IMG/VR virus record: IMGVR_UViG_3300025267_002170
Source of the DNA: a virus
Taxonomy: Duplodnaviria; Caudoviricetes
Reading direction: 5' to 3' (one strand)
Length of the DNA: 64,000 bases
Of the stretch, positions 8,909 through 18,488 are shown in pieces. Position 1 is the first letter of the stretch, and each line of letters opens with the position of its first letter. The notes below the pieces were generated by a model. The model was not told the DNA's origin. It worked only from the letters and a program-made list of their open reading frames with translations, and searched no databases. The position numbers and the translations under genes were made by a program.

Positions 8909-9592
8909 ATGAAAAAACCAAAGTCAGAACTTAATAAACATGTTCATAGTAGGCACAGTCTATCTCCTAAAACTTCTAACCAAGCTGAATACATAAGGGC
9001 AATAGTAGAGAACGACGTTACAATATGTTCCGGGCCAGCAGGTAGCGGAAAAACAACTATATGTGTTGGCCTAGCCTGTGAGCATTTATTATCTGGAAAG
9101 ATAGAAAAGATAATAATTACGCGACCAATAGTTGAGTCTGGTGGCGGGTTAGGTTATCTCCCCGGTTCTTTTCATGATAAGATACATCCATACCTAGTTC
9201 CTGTTATGGATGAAATGTCTAAATATATATCTAATAGTGGCATAGACTACATAAAGAAAAATAATGTCCTTGAAGTTTGTCCTCTAGAATATATGAGGGG
9301 AAGAAACTTTCATAACTCATTTATTATATTAGACGAGGCCCAGAATGCCACGATAGAACAGATAAAAATGTTCGTTACTCGTCTGGGAAGAAAGTCAAAA
9401 GCGGTGGTGAATGGAGATGTGAACCAAACCGACCTTCCAAGCCGTGTGCGAGGAGGGCTGTCTACGTGCATATCATGTTTACGTGGCTTGCACGGGGTTG
9501 GTATAGTGGAGCTTGGCGACGACGATGTTATTAGGCATGGAATTATATCCGCAATCCTTTATAGACTAGAAGATGCGCAAAATTCAGGCTAA
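8909..9592 (+). CDS. phoH: PhoH-family ATPase
   Basis: GPAGSGKT, LGYLPG, YMRGRNF, LDEAQN, TRLG and GDxxQTDL motifs. Confidence 0.93.
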   Translation: MKKPKSELNKHVHSRHSLSPKTSNQAEYIRAIVENDVTICSGPAGSGKTTICVGLACEHLLSGKIEKIIITRPIVESGGGLGYLPGSFHDKIHPYLVPVMDEMSKYISNSGIDYIKKNNVLEVCPLEYMRGRNFHNSFIILDEAQNATIEQIKMFVTRLGRKSKAVVNGDVNQTDLPSRVRGGLSTCISCLRGLHGVGIVELGDDDVIRHGIISAILYRLEDAQNSG

Positions 9593-9770
9593 AGAAAATT
9601 TAGAGAATATTATAGACCTTACAGAAAAGCACTCTGTCTTTACTGGAAATGTTGTTAAGACGCTTTCAGAAGACTTGCTCTTCTTAAGAAATAAATGTGA
9701 AGAGCTTCTAGATAACCCTGAAGAAAGCGAATCTGTAATAGAGGACATAAAGAAGGCTGTCGGGAGGTAA
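9573..9770 (+). CDS. Hypothetical protein
   Basis: 65-aa ORF overlapping the phoH end. Confidence 0.5.
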   Translation: MRKIQAKENLENIIDLTEKHSVFTGNVVKTLSEDLLFLRNKCEELLDNPEESESVIEDIKKAVGR

Positions 9771-9771
9771 G

Positions 9772-10107
9772 ATGCCTTTATATGAATATCTATGCTCTGA
9801 GTGTGAACACAGATTTACAATCGTACAGAGTATGAAAGATTCGAAGAAAAAGAAATGCCCGGAATGCGGAAGACATAAACTAGAAAGAGTTCTTGGAAGT
9901 CCTCATATCTTTGTAAGAGGAGAGCCTCAAACTCTTGGGCACTGGGCTGAAAGAAATACCAAGAAGCTTGGAAGATATGAACTGGACGACAGGAAAGAAA
10001 GAGACAAGGTAGATGAAAAGAAACCGGGAAAAAAGAAGCTACAAAGAGAGCTTAGAAGTATGACCGAAGAACAAAGACAAAGATATATACAGAAGGGAAA
10101 AAAATAA
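9772..10107 (+). CDS. FmdB-family zinc-ribbon protein
   Basis: MPLYEYLCSECEHRF...CPECG...LER signature; GGAGG SD. Confidence 0.85.
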   Translation: MPLYEYLCSECEHRFTIVQSMKDSKKKKCPECGRHKLERVLGSPHIFVRGEPQTLGHWAERNTKKLGRYELDDRKERDKVDEKKPGKKKLQRELRSMTEEQRQRYIQKGKK

Positions 10108-10331
10108 TGGGGAACTCTGCTCCACACAGGGCTATACTTTACTGCCAGCTTGGCGTGCATGAGGTTATGAAAACGGGAGAATGCAGTGGCGACACGATAG
10201 ACCCAGAGGATTTAAAGAAGTCTGGGCTGGATGAAACCTTCGTTCTCTGGGTTGATGGGGTCGACAAGTATGATTGCATTAAGAATACTGTCAACCAGAT
10301 AAGAAATTTCATGGGGAAAGAAGATGGATGA
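10107..10331 (+). CDS. Hypothetical protein
   Basis: TAATG coupling with the upstream gene. Confidence 0.55.
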   Translation: MGNSAPHRAILYCQLGVHEVMKTGECSGDTIDPEDLKKSGLDETFVLWVDGVDKYDCIKNTVNQIRNFMGKEDG

Positions 10332-10659
10332 AGATACACTAAAGTCTTTTGAAAAAGACCTTCCAAAAATTACAACAACCACATGCTATACCACCAAGGG
10401 AGATATAGTCTCAGAGAAAAGCAAGCTTGCTTATGCAAAACAAGTAGTGAATGGAAAAACCGGAATCTCTACATTCTTTGTTAAGACTGGAAGAGGCCGA
10501 CTATTCGACCCTTGGGGAACATATGCAAGCAAGGCAAACTCCATAGAATTTCCCCTGAAAAAAGTTTCAGAAAACGTATATAGAAACTATATGACTTATC
10601 TGAAAACAAGAAATGGAAGATTTTTAACCACAGCAGAAAGGTATATGTTTGATGTCTAA
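10324..10659 (+). CDS. Hypothetical protein
   Basis: 111-aa ORF in a tightly overlapping series. Confidence 0.6.
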   Translation: MDEDTLKSFEKDLPKITTTTCYTTKGDIVSEKSKLAYAKQVVNGKTGISTFFVKTGRGRLFDPWGTYASKANSIEFPLKKVSENVYRNYMTYLKTRNGRFLTTAERYMFDV

Positions 10660-10993
10660 GAGAAAAGGACCACTGACCAAGGCAGAAAAATTTTATATAG
10701 ACAATCATCTAGATACACCAGTAAAGGAACTCGCAGAAGAGCTAAACAGAAGCGAAAAGATTGTCAAAAACCGTATTGGAACTCAGCCCGAAGATTCTTC
10801 CGAACAAACAGAAGAAGACAGCAGTATGAAGGTTGGAAATCTGATGGCAAGAAAGGAGGACAGGGGTGTTACTACTATGACCCCCCAAGCCTCGATGCTT
10901 GCTGATGAAAAGAGACCTGAATATCTCAAGAACAGACAGCATAACAGACATAGCCAATCGATTCATAAAATTAAGCCAGACAATGACAGCTAG
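10652..10993 (+). CDS. Hypothetical protein with a possible N-terminal HTH
   Basis: LTKAEKFYI...VKELAEELNRSEKIV resembles an HTH. Confidence 0.55.
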   Translation: MSKRKGPLTKAEKFYIDNHLDTPVKELAEELNRSEKIVKNRIGTQPEDSSEQTEEDSSMKVGNLMARKEDRGVTTMTPQASMLADEKRPEYLKNRQHNRHSQSIHKIKPDNDS

Positions 10994-11423
10994 CATATGT
11001 ACAGAGCCTGACGTATATCTAGGACAGTGTTGCGATAAGAGTGTCATATGGTCTGTTGTTCTTTCTGACGGTACGACAGTATTTCAGGATGACTATAGGC
11101 CGGGTGTTTATCCAGAAAGCGCTTGGATAAGGCTTAAGCAGCACTGTCAAGACGCGGGTCTTTTTATAAAGAGTATGAAAGTTGCTTTTCGTTCTCATGA
11201 AATTGATATCGGAGAAGATGCGGATGGGTTTTATTTCTGCAAGGGCGCGTCTGCATTTATGACATCAAATATAACAAATGAATTATATATAGTTGGAACC
11301 TTGAATGATGGAATGCTTCGTGTTGAAAAATGGAAAGTTCCCGAACTTATAAAAGAGGGAGCCGAACTTAGAAACGCAACTACCGCAGGTGATTGTTTAA
11401 TATCAAGACATGACAAAGAATAG
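10983..11423 (+). CDS. Hypothetical protein
   Basis: ORF-track 10899..11423; ATG 10983 preferred to minimise overlap. Confidence 0.6.
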   Translation: MTASICTEPDVYLGQCCDKSVIWSVVLSDGTTVFQDDYRPGVYPESAWIRLKQHCQDAGLFIKSMKVAFRSHEIDIGEDADGFYFCKGASAFMTSNITNELYIVGTLNDGMLRVEKWKVPELIKEGAELRNATTAGDCLISRHDKE

Positions 11424-11841
11424 AAGCGAAAGCAGTCGGTACAAATCTCCCTCCACGGGGGACTATTGTACGTCTGCTCAATATGTGGCAGAGCTTATGT
11501 GCCAAAGGATGGCTGAGAAATCTAATGAAGGTTCTTTGGCGTATAAGTTCTGGAATACTCCCAAGTGGAAAAAAACTTACCAGCTTCAGGTCATAGAAGC
11601 AAATCGTCTTACAAATAAGCACGACGACAGAGCCGTGGTCGCTGCTCTCAATACGGCTCGTGGAAAAAAAATATATTCACTGAGATTCCCCGGACTAGAA
11701 GACCTTATTAGGGCAGAAGAAGCCCGGCTACAAAAAGAGTCTTCGTCTGCTAAAGAGTACAAAGACTCTACTGAATCTCAACCAAGGAAACCTTACGGAA
11801 AACAAACGAAGATAGGAAAACTGAGGGAACTAGATGGCTAA
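11410..11841 (+). CDS. Hypothetical protein
   Basis: 143-aa ORF overlapping the recA start. Confidence 0.65.
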   Translation: MTKNRSESSRYKSPSTGDYCTSAQYVAELMCQRMAEKSNEGSLAYKFWNTPKWKKTYQLQVIEANRLTNKHDDRAVVAALNTARGKKIYSLRFPGLEDLIRAEEARLQKESSSAKEYKDSTESQPRKPYGKQTKIGKLRELDG

Positions 11842-12928
11842 GGCATCAGATTTTAACGACGATACTACCCGAGAGGTAATGAAGAAATACGGCAAGGTAG
11901 TTAGGAGTGGAACTACCGTATTTGATGAAAGCGAAAATCTAGAGGTTATTCCTTTTACACCGGCGCTTGATTTGGCTCTGGGTGGTGGCATAAAGGAAGG
12001 TAGCTGGGTAATACTCACTGGAGACCCAAAGAGTGGCAAGACAACGACTGCCTTGCAGTTTGCTGCAACTTGTCAAAGCAAAGAACATGGTGAGAGGCCA
12101 ATAGTATATATTAATGCCGAGGGAAGACTTAAATCTATGAACCTTGGTGGTATCAAGGGCCTTGAAAAAGAAAAAATAAAAATCGTTGAGTCTGAAGATG
12201 AACCAATTAGTGCTGAAGACTACCTTGACATAGTCGAGAAGTATGTCAGAGCCGAGCCTAACTGCGTTGTGATTATAGACTCCGTGTCTTCTTTAATTCC
12301 GTCCAGAGAACTAATGGACGAAGTGAGTGGCCAGTTTAGAGCAGGGCTACCTAAGATATTAAGTAACTTTACCAAGCGTCTTGGCAATGTTGTCCCTAGG
12401 CAAAAAAGTATCATTATAATGATAACCCACTTTATTGCCAATACAACTGGATATGGAAAAACTAAGATAGCTGACAGCGGCGTAAAGATTAGGTATCAAG
12501 TCGACACCCACTTAGAGATAAAGAATACAAGACCTTGGGAAGCCGGGGGAAAACAGATTGGTCAGATGGTCAACTGGAGAGTCCTCTGCTCCTCTGCCGG
12601 TGGGTTCCCCGGAGGCGAGGCTCAAAGCTGGATTAAATACGGAATTGGAATAGATAGGACTCAAGAAATCATAAACATGGCTCTTGAGTTTGGCTTGGTT
12701 TCAAAAGCTGGCTCTTGGTATAAGTGTGATTTCGTTCTAGAAGAAGAGAAGAATCTTATCAACCCGTCTGTTTCCAAGCTTCTTTCTGATAATGAAGTTG
12801 ACTCATCAAACATAGAATCAGTGACCAAGTTCTTTAAATTTCAAGGACAGGAGCGTCTGTACAACTTCTTAGAAGGGAACAGCTTCCTTATGGAAATTCT
12901 TGAGAATGATATCAGGGAGATGCTGTGA
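11834..12928 (+). CDS. recA: RecA/UvsX-like recombinase (divergent)
   Basis: LDLALGGG, Walker A GDPKSGKTT, YINAEG, Walker B IIDSV, GID and KAGSWY motifs. Confidence 0.85.
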   Translation: MAKASDFNDDTTREVMKKYGKVVRSGTTVFDESENLEVIPFTPALDLALGGGIKEGSWVILTGDPKSGKTTTALQFAATCQSKEHGERPIVYINAEGRLKSMNLGGIKGLEKEKIKIVESEDEPISAEDYLDIVEKYVRAEPNCVVIIDSVSSLIPSRELMDEVSGQFRAGLPKILSNFTKRLGNVVPRQKSIIIMITHFIANTTGYGKTKIADSGVKIRYQVDTHLEIKNTRPWEAGGKQIGQMVNWRVLCSSAGGFPGGEAQSWIKYGIGIDRTQEIINMALEFGLVSKAGSWYKCDFVLEEEKNLINPSVSKLLSDNEVDSSNIESVTKFFKFQGQERLYNFLEGNSFLMEILENDIREML

Positions 12929-13359
12929 GGGTAGTCGGGTTGGACGGGAGGGAACGCGGATGGAACTTCTCCAAGGACTCCAAACGACGCCGTTCTCGCA
13001 AGGCTTCCGCTCCCCACAAACTGGCCAGATTGACCTTGCGTGACCTGTTCCCACGGTCTATAATACTTGAGGAAGTTTCCCTTCCCGGTACAAGGACTGC
13101 GACTAGAAATTCTATATTATATGCAGATTTCTTTATCCCAGATAGACCACTAGTAGTAGAAGTTCACGGAGAGCAGCACTATTCATATAATGAATTTTAC
13201 CATAAGAGCAAGAGAGACTTTTATCAATCAAAGGCTAGGGACAGAGACAAACAAGAATGGTGCAGTATTAATAATATTTACATGGCGGTACTAGATTACA
13301 GAGAAGGTCCAGATGAGTGGAGAAAATCAATCCTTAACGCCATCGGAACGTCTGGCTAA
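12925..13359 (+). CDS. Vsr/DUF559-like PD-(D/E)XK endonuclease
   Basis: YADFFIP...VVEVHGEQHY...RDRDKQEWC; GTG start overlapping the recA stop. Confidence 0.75.
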   Translation: MRVVGLDGRERGWNFSKDSKRRRSRKASAPHKLARLTLRDLFPRSIILEEVSLPGTRTATRNSILYADFFIPDRPLVVEVHGEQHYSYNEFYHKSKRDFYQSKARDRDKQEWCSINNIYMAVLDYREGPDEWRKSILNAIGTSG

Positions 13360-13801
13360 ATTCGAACAAGCTGTAGACAACTACATAAACTCAAAGTCTC
13401 TGAACGTCGTAGGTTTTAACCTAGAGGCGGCAGAGGCTTTAAATCTTACTACAGAGGCTCTTTCTAGGTTAACGTCTGAAGAGTGCTTGCATAAATCATA
13501 TGTTCTTCATGGCTATGCTAACTACCTGCAAGACGAGCATAACCAGAACATAGTAAAGCTAAACTTTGCTTTAGACAATATAAGAAGAATAGTTTCTGTA
13601 GAGATTGACCAGTATGGCAAGTACACTAAGCATGATATAAAACAGCAGCAAATTATTAATCAAAATCCGTTTGCAGAAAAACTAGAAACAATTAGAAAGC
13701 ACGCACAAGCAAGGGTAGATAGACTTCAGGAAAAAATAAGAGATGTCAGAAAGATGGCAGATGTTTTAACAGAACTAAGTAAGAGGAAGGCATACTCATG
13801 A
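13313..13801 (+). CDS. Hypothetical alpha-helical/coiled-coil protein (possible recombination mediator)
   Basis: Heptad-rich 162-aa ORF just downstream of recA; function inferred from position only. Confidence 0.5.
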   Translation: MSGENQSLTPSERLAKFEQAVDNYINSKSLNVVGFNLEAAEALNLTTEALSRLTSEECLHKSYVLHGYANYLQDEHNQNIVKLNFALDNIRRIVSVEIDQYGKYTKHDIKQQQIINQNPFAEKLETIRKHAQARVDRLQEKIRDVRKMADVLTELSKRKAYS

Positions 13802-14262
13802 GCAGTCCCATTGACTTAATAAGGGAAGGCATTCAGAAAAACGACATGAGTGTCGTAGCGGATGGGTTCAAAAGTTTAACAGGGGAGAGTGTAGAACATA
13901 ACTCTGATGAAGTCGAGCCTGACGGCTGGAGCGGTCCCCTCGCGGATGAAGTTGTTTCATCTCACAAAGAAGATTTCATAGCCCCGGCCCGAAGCGAAGA
14001 GACGGTCCAGTCTTCCACAGGAGGAAGAACTAGGTCTGAACCGATTTATAGAGGAGAGAGAGAAAACGAATGGACTGATGATGGGTCTATTGTATCAGAA
14101 GATAAAAAAAATCTTATAGATGATTCTGCCAATCCGCCGGTTCCTAGAACCAGAAGGAAGTCAATCAAAGCAGATGTAACGTGTAGTAAGTGTCAAAAAA
14201 GTTATAAAGTTAGCCCATCCCTTAAGAGGGATTTTTACGTATGTGAAAGGTGTGTCGGTTAA
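13798..14262 (+). CDS. Hypothetical protein with a C-terminal Zn finger
   Basis: CSKC...CERC at the C-terminus. Confidence 0.6.
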   Translation: MSSPIDLIREGIQKNDMSVVADGFKSLTGESVEHNSDEVEPDGWSGPLADEVVSSHKEDFIAPARSEETVQSSTGGRTRSEPIYRGERENEWTDDGSIVSEDKKNLIDDSANPPVPRTRRKSIKADVTCSKCQKSYKVSPSLKRDFYVCERCVG

Positions 14263-15776
14263 TGTCGCAAAGCATGTTGCATAATCCGGCGGCAGAAAGG
14301 GCGGTTCTGTCTGGAATATGTTCCCATGGTATAGATGCCTTTGTAGATGTAGACGGTATAGTAGAGTCAGACAGTTTTGTTATCGAAGAAAATCAGATAA
14401 TCTACAAATGCCTGAAGAAGGTATTTGAAGAATCTTCAGTAATAGATATATCATCTGTACTTGCCGCAGCAAACGACTTAGGATTTGGTGAAAACTTTAA
14501 AGACAAAGAGGCAGTAGAACATCTTCGTGGAGTGTATAATTTTCCAATCGAATTGGAGAATGTAAGAAACCACGCAGTCAAGATAAGAAAACTTCAACTA
14601 GCTAGAGACATACAAAGACAAGTAAAAATTGTCCACGCCAACATCTCTGATATCACCGGAGACGAAAGTGTAAACGAAATAATTAGCATTGCGGAAGCTC
14701 CAATCATGGAGTTGTCCCACGCTTTTAATAGGTCTGATGATGACAAACCTAACAAGATTGGTTCAGAGATAGAAGAGTATATTGCACACTTGGAAGAAAA
14801 TCCAACCGAGATGGTTGGAATCTCTAGTGGGTATGCAAGGTATGATGAAGCCATAGGTGGCGGGTTTAGAAGAAAGTGTGTTGACTTAGTTGCGGCAAGG
14901 CCCAAAGTAGGAAAGAGCGTATTTGCAGAAAATGTAGCCCTTCATGTGTCAGGGAAGCTCAAGATACCCGTCCTTATGCTGGACACCGAAATGTCAAAGG
15001 AGGACCACCTAAACAGGATTCTTGCCAACCTTAGTGATACCAGCATCAATGATATTTCTACTGGAAGCTTTGCAGAAAATGACTGTGTTAGGTCTAAAGT
15101 AAAAGAAGCCGCAAGCGAAGTTCAGGACATCCCGTATGACTATATCAGTATAGCTGGAAGGTCTTTTGAAGAAACCCTTTCTATTATGAGAAGGTGGATT
15201 TTCCAGAAGGTTGGCTTTGATGAAAATGGGCGAGTAAACGATTGTCTGATTGTATACGACTATCTGAAACTAATGTCTTCTGGACAAATTAGCGATAGTC
15301 TCAGGGAGTTTCAAGTCCTTGGTTTCCAGATGACATCTCTCCACAACTTCTGTGTTCAATACGACTGTCCGTGTTTGTCCTTTGTCCAGTTAAATAGAGA
15401 TGGCATAACCAGAGAGACTACCGATGTTGTTAGTGGGTCCGACAGGCTCATCTGGCTCTGTACAAGTTTTTCCATCTTTAAAAATAAGAGCATAGAAGAA
15501 GTAGCAGAAGACGGTGATGATAATGGAAACAAGAAATTGGTTCCAATCATATGTCGCCATGGGCCAGCGCTTAGTGATACTGACTATATAAACATGACGA
15601 TGTACGGAGAGCAAGCTAAGCTTATTGAGGGAAAAACTAGAAACGAAGTTAAATTGAAAACCAAAGAGAAGGATGAAGGGTTTATAGTCAATGACGATAT
15701 TGAGTCACAGGCGGAAGAAGATACAGACCAAAGCTTGGAGAGGCTATCGGAAATCATCGATGAAGGAAAAAAATAG
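14262..15776 (+). CDS. dnaB: Replicative DNA helicase
   Basis: N-terminal AERAVL, Walker A ARPKVGKS, TEM, IVYDYL, VQLNR and RHGP. Confidence 0.92.
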   Translation: MSQSMLHNPAAERAVLSGICSHGIDAFVDVDGIVESDSFVIEENQIIYKCLKKVFEESSVIDISSVLAAANDLGFGENFKDKEAVEHLRGVYNFPIELENVRNHAVKIRKLQLARDIQRQVKIVHANISDITGDESVNEIISIAEAPIMELSHAFNRSDDDKPNKIGSEIEEYIAHLEENPTEMVGISSGYARYDEAIGGGFRRKCVDLVAARPKVGKSVFAENVALHVSGKLKIPVLMLDTEMSKEDHLNRILANLSDTSINDISTGSFAENDCVRSKVKEAASEVQDIPYDYISIAGRSFEETLSIMRRWIFQKVGFDENGRVNDCLIVYDYLKLMSSGQISDSLREFQVLGFQMTSLHNFCVQYDCPCLSFVQLNRDGITRETTDVVSGSDRLIWLCTSFSIFKNKSIEEVAEDGDDNGNKKLVPIICRHGPALSDTDYINMTMYGEQAKLIEGKTRNEVKLKTKEKDEGFIVNDDIESQAEEDTDQSLERLSEIIDEGKK

Positions 15777-16809
15777 CAACCCTAAGATAGAACATCTTCA
15801 AGGCCATATGAAGTCAAGAATTAGAGATATACTTGACTATTTTAATATCGAATACAGAGAATACGACGAGTGGATTTCTTGCCCATGTCCTATACATGGC
15901 GGCGATAACCCTACCGGCTTTACTATAACTATTGATGGCGACGAAGAATATCTAGGCTTCTGGAGATGCTGGACAAGGGCATGTGAAAAAGAATATTACA
16001 ATGATATCTTGGGTCTTATCCGAGGACTTCTGAGCATAGAGAAAGGCGACGACGCCTCTTTCTCAGAAGTGGTCAGCTTCTGTGAAAAATTTATTGGGGA
16101 GGACATACTAGAACCACCCCCTCCACCAAAGACGAGCAGAGAATTTCTTTCTTCCGTAAATGTTTTAAATCAGGGTACAGAGCAGAACAAAACAAATATA
16201 ACCAGAGAGAGAGTAAGAGAAAGAATATCTATCCCATCTGAGTACTATCTTAATAGAGGGTTTCTGCCGGAAACTCTAGATAAATATGATGTGGGATACT
16301 GTAACGATAGAAGCAAGCCAATGTACAGCAGGGTGGTTGTTCCTGTATATGATGACAATCATGAATATATGATTGGATGTGTAGGAAGAAGAACCAATAG
16401 CAATACAATGGGAAAGTGGATAAATAGCAAGGGATTCAAAAAAAGCACCTGCTTATATAACTACTGGTATGCAAAAGAACATGTCCTGAAAAGCAAGACG
16501 GCCATACTTGTGGAGGGTCAGGGAGATGTCTGGAGACTGGGTGAGGCAGGAATTTTCAACGCTGTTGGAATGTTTGGTTGTTCTTTGAGCGAGCAACAGC
16601 GTATAATATTAGAAAGGTCTGGAGCCTTGAATCTTGTTGTTCTCACAGATTCTGACGAGGCCGGTCAGGTTGGCAAAGAAAAAATCAAACAAAAGTGTGA
16701 CAAACTATTTAACTTGTACTTCCCATCCTCCAACAGTAAAGATGTGGGAGATATGAAGGTAGAAGATATAAAGTCTAACCTTTTGCCTCAGCTTGAGGGT
16801 TTGGTATGA
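15760..16809 (+). CDS. dnaG: DNA primase (Zn finger + TOPRIM)
   Basis: CPIH...C..C zinc-binding domain; LVEGQGDV, DSDEAG and KDVGD TOPRIM motifs. Confidence 0.88.
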   Translation: MKEKNSNPKIEHLQGHMKSRIRDILDYFNIEYREYDEWISCPCPIHGGDNPTGFTITIDGDEEYLGFWRCWTRACEKEYYNDILGLIRGLLSIEKGDDASFSEVVSFCEKFIGEDILEPPPPPKTSREFLSSVNVLNQGTEQNKTNITRERVRERISIPSEYYLNRGFLPETLDKYDVGYCNDRSKPMYSRVVVPVYDDNHEYMIGCVGRRTNSNTMGKWINSKGFKKSTCLYNYWYAKEHVLKSKTAILVEGQGDVWRLGEAGIFNAVGMFGCSLSEQQRIILERSGALNLVVLTDSDEAGQVGKEKIKQKCDKLFNLYFPSSNSKDVGDMKVEDIKSNLLPQLEGLV

Positions 16810-17552
16810 ACCATAGAATACTCGGACTTTCTGGAGTAAAGCGCAGCGGAAAGACTACGTGCGTTAACTTCATGCATGGATACGAGATGAAACGTAACGA
16901 TGTCATCAAACACTTTGAGCTTAACGACAGAGGGGGGCTTTTAGTCAACACCATATTTACTGACGAGAAAGGCGAAGAAACAGAGGGAATGGGTGTTTTT
17001 GATGTCCACAGAACAGATGACGATTTCGCTAATTACGCAGCACAAAGAGTCTGGCCTTATGTAAAAGCATACAACTTTGCCGACTCACTGAAATCTGTAG
17101 CCATGACACTTTTTGGATTGACCAGAGAACAGTGCTACGGAACTGGCTCTCAGAAAAATGAAGAGATAGATATTAAAAAACCGGGTACTGATGAGAACTT
17201 TACCGCAAGGGGATTCTTACAGCATTTCGGAACAGACATGTGCCGAAGTCTTAAGCCAGACATCTGGACATCCTATCTAATAAGACAAATGTCTGCTGAG
17301 CAGGTGGGTCTTGCTTTAGTTGGAGACTGTAGATTCCCCAACGAGGTGAATGCCATCCACAAAGCTGGCGGCAGGGTTATAAGGCTAACGAGAAGAGTTA
17401 ACGAAGACGAACACGAAAGCGAAACTGCATTAGACGATTTTAAAGAATTTGATGGTGTTATTGACAACTCAGAATTAACTGTGGACGAACAATGTAAAAA
17501 ACTAATAGCTATTTTAGGGGGATGGGGATGGCTAAGCTCGGAGCTAAAATAG
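16806..17552 (+). CDS. Deoxynucleoside monophosphate kinase
   Basis: GVKRSGKTT, FADSLK, RxxLQxxGT, DCRFPNE and HESE. Confidence 0.85.
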   Translation: MNHRILGLSGVKRSGKTTCVNFMHGYEMKRNDVIKHFELNDRGGLLVNTIFTDEKGEETEGMGVFDVHRTDDDFANYAAQRVWPYVKAYNFADSLKSVAMTLFGLTREQCYGTGSQKNEEIDIKKPGTDENFTARGFLQHFGTDMCRSLKPDIWTSYLIRQMSAEQVGLALVGDCRFPNEVNAIHKAGGRVIRLTRRVNEDEHESETALDDFKEFDGVIDNSELTVDEQCKKLIAILGGWGWLSSELK

Positions 17553-17875
17553 AAAAGCCTTGGGGCTTTTATGAAGATATATACAGAGAAGATGTGGTAG
17601 TCTTCAAAAAGATTACCGTTAACGTTGATGGAGAACTATCTTTACAAAGACACCAGAAGCGTGGTGAGTTTTGGTATTGCGTGTCTGGTAATGGTACTAT
17701 GGTTTATAATCAAACAGTGTGGAAAATTTCTCCGGGTTACAACGTACACATCCCAATGAACGTGGTCCACAACGTTGTAAATACTGGCAATGAGCCTTTG
17801 GTCATATATGAAATGCAACATGGAACATGTTGTGAAGACGACATAGAAAGGCTTAAGGATAAATATGGCCGCTAG
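17522..17875 (+). CDS. Cupin, mannose-6-phosphate isomerase type II-like
   Basis: KPWG, LSLQRHQKRGEFW, H...N.G and EDDIERLKDKYGR. Confidence 0.85.
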   Translation: MGMAKLGAKIEKPWGFYEDIYREDVVVFKKITVNVDGELSLQRHQKRGEFWYCVSGNGTMVYNQTVWKISPGYNVHIPMNVVHNVVNTGNEPLVIYEMQHGTCCEDDIERLKDKYGR

Positions 17876-18488
17876 GCTTGTCTCTGTTACCCCGAACCCT
17901 GAAATTATTATTGGATATTGCGCCAGAGTGAGCAATCCAAAAAATCAGGAAAATCTTAATGTTGAAAACCTTCTTGGCTTTTGCATAAAGCATGGTCATT
18001 GGTCAATATTTGAAATGGCAAACATGGTGATAGAAATCAATACCACCAGAGGAGTAGCTGCCCAAATTCTTAGACACAGAAGCTTTTCTTTCCAAGAGTT
18101 TAGCCAGCGATATGCAGAGGTCGAAGGCTTTGAAGATATTAAACCCAGAAGACAAGACAATAAGAATCGTCAGAACTCACTAGACGATTTGTCAAAACAT
18201 GATAAAGAGTGGTATAAGATAGCCCTAAAGGAAGAGAACAGAAGGTCTTATTCCAAGTACAAGGAGGCGCTTAAGAGAGGGATAGCAAAAGAAAGCGCTA
18301 GATTTTTTCTACCACTCAATACAAAAACTCGAATGTACATGAATGGTACTGTAAGAAGTTGGGTTCATTATATCCAGCTAAGAACCCACGAGTCAACTCA
18401 GAAAGAGCATCAGGACATAGCAAGTGAAATCAAGGGCATTTTTGTTGAGCAGTTCCCCATTACCGCCTCCGCATTGGGATGGAAATAG
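17865..18488 (+). CDS. thyX: Flavin-dependent thymidylate synthase
   Basis: GHWSIFE, QILRHRSFSFQEFSQRY, ESARFFLP and TQKEH. Confidence 0.95.
   Translation: MAARLVSVTPNPEIIIGYCARVSNPKNQENLNVENLLGFCIKHGHWSIFEMANMVIEINTTRGVAAQILRHRSFSFQEFSQRYAEVEGFEDIKPRRQDNKNRQNSLDDLSKHDKEWYKIALKEENRRSYSKYKEALKRGIAKESARFFLPLNTKTRMYMNGTVRSWVHYIQLRTHESTQKEHQDIASEIKGIFVEQFPITASALGWK

Noticed and set aside
14532-14540. Second GTGTATAAT copy
   Set aside because: Lies inside dnaB coding sequence (G-V-Y-N), far from any start; probably coincidental.
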